Shown in pieces: positions 54,402 through 64,000 of a stretch of 64,000 nucleotides of DNA. Location of the stretch: NCBI RefSeq assembly GCF_009914755.1, contig NC_060932.1, one strand, 5' to 3'. The notes beneath the pieces were generated by a model. That model made no database searches. It saw nothing but the letters and a program-made list of their open reading frames with translations, and was not told the origin of the DNA. The stretch comes from the human T2T-CHM13v2.0 reference genome, Homo sapiens. Every line of letters begins with the position of its first letter. The stretch's first letter is position 1. The position numbers and the translations under genes are program-made.

Positions 54402-56581
54402 CTAGATCACAGGATTGGTACTGTTGCCAAAGAGAGTTCACCTCAACTTTTAAAAAATACTCTTAGGATTGATTCTTTTCATGATGAATCCAGTGCTGGC
54501 AAGTACCAGAAAGCAAAGCAGACCCCTGGTCACCCTTGCAAGACAAACCAGCAGAGCTCCTTCTCTCTGGAGCATCTTGTGACATCAGCTATAAAACTCT
54601 TGCATGGAATTGTATTATACCTTGGGATGACACCATACACTTACCTTGATGAATATTTTGAGGAAACTCTCTATGGCCTTCATCACCACATCCATTGTAG
54701 GGTTGTTGCTGAGGACATTGTATTACAATGTCTACCGTGTGAGGATCCTGGCATATATTTTTCTGGTTTTAGTAATAAGTCAGTCATTACCAGGCTGAAG
54801 AATATGTTTCACTGGGCCTTGAGTCATCAGAAAATTGTCCCCACTCTCCTGTTGGGATATAGCTGATACCCTGGACGAGGAAATTTCACCTAAATTGTTT
54901 TTTTTTTTTTTTGAGAGCCACCCTTTGCTGACTGAGTGTTCTTGAATTCCCTTCTTTCATAGCTGGACTGAGGATCTTCAACTCCTTTTATCCCAGACGT
55001 GACTGTCAGGGAGGGGCGATGGTGGTGATTGGAATCAAAGTGGCACCATGCCAACAAGGACTGATAGCGATTGCCCAAGTCTCTGTTTTGGGGAGCAGAC
55101 AGGGGCCTGCCTCTCAGTGATAGGACACATGGAGGTTCTCATTGTTCTCAGGTGATGTCTGGGTAATGCGAAACTGATCAGATTCTGGACAGATGGACAT
55201 CAGAACACCTTTACTCTGAGCCTGGGTCTAGTAACTCCTCTTATGTGATCTGACAGCAGAGAAATAATTTACAGGTGGCTGATTTGAATAGCAGTAATGC
55301 TTCATGTGTCATCAGTACAATTTCTTTGTTGTTTGCATTGGGTTCACCATGGAGACAAGGAAGAAGCAGAGAGTCTCTGGGCTCTGGAACTTCAAGAATA
55401 CAATCATGTGACAGATAAGGAACCTGAAGCCCAAAACACAGGAGTACGTAGGGAGCCTGCAGTTGGCACAGAGCACTGGCCAGAGCCAGTGTTGCTTACT
55501 CCCAGTCCAGTGCTCTTCCACCATGAGGTCTCACCAGAAACAAATTCATGAAGTAAATCCTGTGTCTACTCACTTCTTGATAATGCCAGAGGCTTTAGGC
55601 AGTGAAGGGCACATTCCCCCTACGGAATGAAAGGTCTTCCTCTTCTGAGTCTTCCATACTCCCTGATGTCCTCATTTTCAGCAATCCTGACTCTTGTTAA
55701 GATGGTCTCAAAATCCCTTCATTAATCTTAACAACACTTCTCTGTTGCCCCCGTCTTGTTCCATTGTTTTCTTGGTGCATTATGTAAAGGTCATGGAGAT
55801 TGATAAAAGTCACAAGATACCATATCTGAAGGATGACATTCCTGGGTAGGGATAGGAAGGTTAACATGATAGCAGAAGAGAGAGGTTTTGCAAATATGAC
55901 AAGGACCCTGTGTTTTCAGAACAAATAAATGTTGCTGGAAGTAGCTTACTCAGAGACAATTTTTTCATGTGATCAGTAATTCTCATGGTAATTATCATAA
56001 TAAGAGCAATATGTTTCCCTATGTCTCCTTTATTAATATGAATAAAAGGAACTCAGGAAGTGATGCAAATCAGGCCTCAGACTCTTTGTTAGAGACCTGG
56101 CCCATGTGGCCCCTGTCCTGCAATTCAAAGTCTCTTTCTGTTGAATCCTGTCTCAAAGAATATTGCCAACATTCTCCCGTTTACACAAGCCTAAAGCCAG
56201 GGAGTCATTATTTGTCTCCAATTTCCTTCATTTCTTCAACCAAGCCATTCTACCTCCTAAATTGTCCTTAAGTACTTCCCTTCCTTTTCTTCCCAATGTC
56301 GTCAGTCTGTTTCAGGTGTACTAACTCCCCTCCTGAGCTATTGCAGGTGTTTTCTGCTGGCCTCCCTGCTTCTGGGGGTATCCTTCTTTCCTTCTCATGT
56401 AGTGTCTCTGCTTGAAAAGCCGTTGGTGTCTTCCCATCGACTGTGAAACCAGGGTTTCCCAAACTTCTCCGCTGAGGCACCTTGAAAACAGAAGAGCGTA
56501 CAGGGTCCTGTAGACAGAGTGGCACCCCATGTTGAGAGGGATGACACAAGTTGCAAACTGCTATTTTAAAACGGCACTTAA

Positions 56582-56725
56582 GGTTGGGCGAAGTGGCTTA
56601 TGCCTATAATCCCAACATTTTGGGAGACTGAGGCGGGCAGATCACTTGAGGTTAGGAGTTCAAAACCAGTCTGACCAACATGGTGAAACCTCGTTTCTAA
56701 TAAAAAATAATAATAAAAATAAAAT
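56582..56725 (+). mobile_element. Free left Alu monomer (FLAM-like)
   Basis: Left arm only plus an A-rich tail, with its own TSD aaaa(c/t)gg(c/t)acttaa (56568-56581 / 56726-56739). Confidence 0.85.
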
Positions 56726-58138
56726 AAAATGGTACTTAAAATCTGTCTTTCTTTCCAGATGGCATGTGTTTGGATCTGGTAGAAGGCATGAACATGAAGA
56801 CACTATATTACATATTGTTATGAGGGAGGTTTTAGGACTGACATCATGGAAAGTGTAATAAATAAACATTGTTGGGTGAATAAGTGAAATAAAGATACAG
56901 CTACAACGTATTTTCCCAACTAAAGACACACAAAAAAGAAAGAAGTTGAAATCAGCACAATGGACTCAATGTAAGAAAAGACCCTCTGTGCAAGGCCAGG
57001 CAACATTGGCACAGGCTGCCTTGTCAACATGGACTGATTGAGAAATGTATTATTGGTCATGTAGTTTTATGCTGCAGACTCTAAGCTGAGTTAGAAACAC
57101 ATTTCCACATGGTAGAGTAGGACTTAAATACTCAACTTTCTCTGCCAGATTTCAGAATGCAAACACTGTGCCAATAAGCATAGCAGGGGGCCATCCCCAA
57201 ACACCACAGATGATACCTGCAGATGCACACCTTTATTTTTCTCTGCTAACTCTCCTTTCCCTCATCCTTTTACAGACCACAACTTGCAGCTCACAACACA
57301 ACAGGAAGCTTAAAGATGCTTTGCTTGCTAAAGTGGAAGGCTGAAAGGAGCAGAACCAGAAGAGTGCTGGAGAGATGGATGTGGGTGGCGTTTGTTTTAT
57401 GTACTTACAAAAGAAGAGCTGCAAGTAGCATATGAATCTCCGGTTCAATTAGACAAACTTGTAGAGAAGAAAAAGAACTTCCTCAAGAAACTGACCACCA
57501 CCCTGGAGTGGTTAAGAATTGACCACTCAACAACGCTGGATTATAGCAAATAAATTTTCACGTTAGATTGTTAAAAAAAAATAGTGAACCCTTACACAGC
57601 ATTTGTTATGTGTCATGAGTTTTTCTGAGTTTTTCATATAATAGCACAGTTAATCTGTATCAAATCTTTGAGTTAGGTACTGTATATGATCTCTATTTTA
57701 TAAATGCAGTAACGGTAACCCAGAGTTTGTTTGTTTTAATGGCATGGCCAAGATCACGCAGTAAGTGACAGAGTTAAGGTTTAAACCCAAAACATGTGTC
57801 TCCAGAATCTCTCCTCTAGTAGGGATTCCCTCCTAGAGGCGGGATTCTGGAGGCAAATGCACCTCCAGAACTAGTAGGTTTAAACCCAAACCATATGGCT
57901 CCAGAATCCCTCCTCTTAACTAGTAGGCAAATGCACCTCTGAAAATGAGGAGCCTAGACAGAGGTCAAGTACCCTCCATCCACCATGTCTGCTGGTAAGC
58001 AATGAACCCAAATGGATTCTACTCTCCTTTAGCTAATGATTCAAGTAAAAATAAAGAACTAAATAATCAGCCAATGCAAAGACAGTGGAACATGAGTGAA
58101 AAGAAGCAGTATTTGGAATATGAAAACGGAGAACATAT

Positions 58139-58603
58139 TGTTAGCAAAACAACAGAGGTTCGACCTAGGTCCTGATGCCCGTAGCACAGAATACCAATCA
58201 CTGAGATGACTATTTCCAGGGAAGAAGTTTTTAATCGGGTGCTGCATCTGAGGAGAATGAGAGATCACTCTCAAATGCATTTCTTTGACCAACTAAAACT
58301 GGAATTTGTATATCAGGGAAGAAATGTAACTGTGTATGGGAAAACAGAAATTAGGAAGGGGTAAGGAGTTGGTAAACAGGAATCATGATGAGTAAGGGGT
58401 CTGTCATGCCATTGACTGTACACATGATCTGGTGAGTTTCAGTCCCTGGATACCACCTGGGAGGCCTGAGCATGAGTTTCCTGAGGAATGAACTCAGATA
58501 AGGCAAAAGTAAGTTTCAAGCTTTAAGAACATGAGGGTCATTTTCTATGTTTATCCAAAAGAACAGTAAACATCAGTTCTATGGGACATTTGGGCCAGTT
58601 TCA
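58139..58603 (-). mobile_element. ERV1 (MER4-group, LTR26-like) solo LTR
   Basis: TG...CA termini with 4-bp TSD ATAT (58135-58138 / 58604-58607). Reverse complement begins tgaaactggcccaaatgtcccatagaactgatg. Confidence 0.82.
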
Positions 58604-58609
58604 ATATAA

Positions 58610-59700
58610 TTAAAAATGATTTTTCACAAGACTAAGTAAATTTAAAACTTAGAAGACATTAGCATGATAATCTGAGAGCTATGTAAAACAGAAAAGGAAA
58701 AATAAAGATATGGGTGCAAAAGAGAAAAGATAAAATAAAGATAGAAAAATTAAATGATAAAAATAGAGGGAAAATGTAAAGAAGTAAAACTCATTTCAGA
58801 TGCACAATAGAGCCAGTGATGAGCAGAATGAGCATTGCAGAAAATGGAATCAATGAAACTGAGAAGAAACTAAAGACATACACCCTCAATACAGAGAGAA
58901 AAGAGAAAGAGGAGAGAGAAACTGACAACTAAGGAAGAAAGAGAACAGAGATCCAGCCTGAATTGATCTGGGGGAAAAGAAGAAAACCTGAATAACAGGA
59001 ATAGAGGCAACAACCAAAGTAAAGTGGATCTTTAAATCAGCATCTTCATAAGAGAAGAGCTCATTGACTTCTGAAGAGAAGAGTCCCATAGATACATTGA
59101 ATTTCAAGAAGAAAAAATCCAATAGGAATCCAGGGGGGACAATAGGTTTACTTCAGACTTTTCCTTCCAGTTATGAAGTAAAAAGTAAAGGAGTTGTATT
59201 TACACAGTTTAGAGGAAAGCAGTCTGTAGATCAAGAATTCTATATTCAATTAAGCTGTTACAAAATGGGAAAAGAAATGCCCCTGCTCAGAAAATATGTA
59301 TCAGTTATAAAGTTTGAGAAATCTAACTTGAAAACTAAACTGAGAGATGACTCAAAACAAAGCACTTCTGAATAGAAAACTCATAGACTGAGAGACTTAG
59401 AGATAAATCTTAAAGTCAATTATATAGTATAAAAATAACTTGCAAATTTGGATTCAAATGTTAACTAAAAATGCAACAACTATTATTGATGTAGATTGAT
59501 ATACTGATAATCAATTTACAAATATGGGAAAGTGGAAAGAGGATGAGGGACGTAAAGCACTAAATTTCTTTTTATACTAGAAAGAGTCCAAAGATATTTT
59601 TAACTTTGATAATTAGAGAGCTACAAGCTTAAGTGTTAATGGATTAAATTAAAAACAATCAATATCAGAGATTGTGTTAAGAAAATAACAGTATACAGAA
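58610..59700 (+). mobile_element. Very old L1/HAL1-like ORF1 region
   Basis: A-rich, coiled-coil-like decay 'gcagaatgagcattgcagaaaatggaatcaatgaaactgag' and 'caagaattctatattcaattaagctg'. Confidence 0.55.
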
Positions 59701-60496
59701 TGTGAAAAAATAATGTACACGCAAAAGTTTGTGTGACCACAGAATCCACAGAAAGCCACATAAAGAGAAAGTAGGCCATTTTACCGAATTATTTGCCCAG
59801 AGAATTTTGCGAACAGTGAGGTGTGGAATCTTCTATCTGTAGCAATTTATTTCAAAGGCTGTCCTATGAAAACTCCCCAAATTAACTTCTTAAGAATTAG
59901 ATTACAGGGGCATGCTATTTCCCATTCAACTGGACAGTTTGACTCCCTTGAGGAAAGTTCTACTTCTCACTGTACAAGTTTGCCCCACCCCCAAGAAGTC
60001 AAGGTCTTCTCTGTGCTCTCTGGGTACCACAGGAACGACCCTTTTCTGCTGTTCCCCTGCTTTCTGCTGGGTGAGTTTCCCACCAAAATACAAGCAGCTA
60101 CACCGGTGAGAATGCTACCCCATTGTGAAGCAGATCACAACTAAGAAATCTTATTATTGAATAAACCCCCACCTTTCCCCTCTCCCCAATCTAATTTTAG
60201 GCTCTAAAAACAGTTTAAAGAAATTTGTGAAAAAGTGGAGGTAAACACCACCATCTGACTTCTCTCAAGCACACCTCTCACTCTGCTATTCTGGAACCAA
60301 GATCTATAGCAAACCTATTGGGTATCAGAAAATGATTTTACCTTCCACTGAGACAGGCTTCCAAATTACTAAGAAAAAACAAAAAACAAAAACAAAAACA
60401 AAAAAACCCTAAAACACAGTTTACATAACAAAAGAGAACAAACAGAGAAACTAGAAAAGCTGCACAAAGCAAAAAGCATAGAACTACATAATAGAG

Positions 60497-60811
<315 letters not shown>

Positions 60812-61504
60812 CTAAAAATGAAAAGCAAAACAACACAAACCCAAAGAACATAAAACTAGATAATACAATGAGGAAAAGCTGTGACTATAAAAATGAAAAG
60901 AACAGTTATCTGTTTTAAAGGAAAAGACTCTCAAATTTGTTTGAGTGACAAAACCTACATACTTTTGCATTACTCATTGAGTTCTTTGAGATCGCAAAGA
61001 AAATGCTTTTAACAAAGCAGTTCTCTTCAGTGATAGAGGGTCTATTTCAAAGACATAGAGGAATGTGATGTTGCCTCATCTGCTACAGAGTTACTCCGGA
61101 TGCTAATGATTCCAGATTTCAGGAAAAAACAGGCCAGTAACCTTGTATCATCTGGGACAGAAATCTGAGATCTAGAGATCTAATTTACAATACATAACGA
61201 ATTAATGAACAGTCAGGAAATTTTGTTTCCAAACGAAAAAGCAAACTACACAAATTAAAGCAACAACATCAACAAAATCTGTTAGAAATATCAGCAGAAA
61301 TGAATGGAAATCCAATACTGATGTGAGCTGTTAAGACATTACCATGTATATATCATCCCATGATGAATAAAGAAGATAAGATATAAATATGCACAAAAAG
61401 AATTTTAATAGAAAAATTTCTAAGTATCATACCAATTTTATTGACAAAATGATTCTGAAGTTCATCTGAACAAAAAGAAACAATTTAAAATTTCTGCAAA
61501 ATTC

Positions 61505-62610
<1,106 letters not shown>

Positions 62611-64000
62611 CATTCTACAAAATTCTAAAAGAGTAATGAGAAGAAACAAATATTAAAATAAATCCTAAAGCTGCAGTTATTGAAAGTGTGTGGAATTGGT
62701 GGATGAATCAAAGAAAGATTAATGAAATACAAGAAACTGCACTGAAAATACCATATATGTAATACTTTTTAAATTTATTTACTATCAAATATATCCACTT
62801 TGTGTAACAATAAAATTTATTTGATATTTAATAAAAATATGTAAGTAGATATATTAATGAGACAAGCACACTAGTAGTATATTTTAATATTTAATGAATT
62901 TAATATAATTTAATAAAATATAATAAAGGAAGCAATCACCAATGCAACAAATGATAATGAAGAAAAATACCTAAGGCTGTGGAGGAAAATATCAATTTAA
63001 ATTCCCACTTCACATTAAATGCCTGACACATAATAAGGGCACAATATATATTTGTTAAAAGAAGAAATGAATAAATGAGTGAATAATATATTAAGTTCTA
63101 GATGGATTAAATACTTGGCAAACCATAAAGCACTAGAAGAAATTACAAACATATATTGTATCAATCTCTAACTGGGAAAAGCCTTCCTAAACATAGAAAT
63201 GATGGATGAGAAAACAAAAGAAACATTCACTAACACTGATTCTATGGTAGTTTAAATCTCTCTCTATCAAAAACCACCAAACTAGGAAAATAATTGCCAC
63301 ACAAATATGGCAAACAATGGATCAACATCTTTTATTTCTAAGAGGCTCTTGCAAATCCAAAAGACAGAGACAAATACTCCAGTGGAACTCAAGCAAGAAC
63401 TTGAGATGATTCTCAGAAGTAGGAAGACAAATGAACAATAAATGTATGAAGATAAGTTCAACTTCATTTGTTATTTAAGAAATGAAAAATTAAACAAAAA
63501 CACAAGAATAATTCAATGTTTAAACATTCTGTCAAGAACCCTCATCTCCAAAAAATGTACATATACATAAAATTTGACACACCATTGTAGGGTCTTAGAC
63601 CTGTACATGTCATGCCAACAACCAGGGGAACCTAGATTCAGAATTTCTATAACTTCATGCTAACCGACGGATAGCGGAGATGCAGAAAGATGGACATTTT
63701 ATATACTGCTGGTAGAAATATATATTTATACATTTTTGAAAACCTTTTGATAATATGTATTAAAGGCCTCAAAAAAATATATAATTTATTCTTGATATAA
63801 ATACTTTTTAAGAAAGTCTCAAAATCTGTTAAGAGCACAGTGATATATATGCAAAGATGTTCATTATAGCATTATTTATATTAACAAAAAATGTTAGTTA
63901 GTTAAATTCCCAAAATAAGGAAGAGTTTAAATAAATTATGTTACATATTTAAGACAGGTTATTCCACCATAATAATGTTTTTCAAGAATATTTGACATGG
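62611..64000 (+). mobile_element. Old L1ME-type ORF2 3' region (continues from ~61360-61504)
   Basis: 'gacaaaatgattctgaagttcatctgaa', 'agttctagatggattaaatactt' and 'gcaaagatgttcattatagcattattt'. Confidence 0.7.

Noticed and set aside
54372-54866. 164-aa ORF
   Set aside because: Begins at a TTG codon within an LTR end, with no domain or exon signals recognised.

Overview
Primate, most likely human, genomic DNA. The evidence is AluJ/S/Y, L1PA/L1M, THE1, MST/MLT, MER51, Tigger1 and MADE1 repeats. Positions 1-23 kb and 57-64 kb are almost entirely nested retroelements and DNA-transposon fossils; 23-57 kb is mostly unique sequence with enhancer-like blocks and no recognisable conserved protein-coding exon. 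Two things stand out. (1) Eight minus-strand exons with canonical GT-AG sites can be joined into one uninterrupted 325-aa ORF (30925 to 8298). It starts in an enhancer-like block, and three of its exons come from LTR, L1 or ERVL sequence, so it is a de novo or lncRNA-type gene candidate. (2) A ~643-bp locally duplicated inverted repeat (23228-23870 / 25097-25740) encloses exactly exons 3 and 4 of that ORF. This architecture could drive back-splicing, exon loop-out, dsRNA editing or a recurrent inversion. Repeat subfamily names come from recalled consensus sequences, not from a search. Boundaries without TSDs are approximate.
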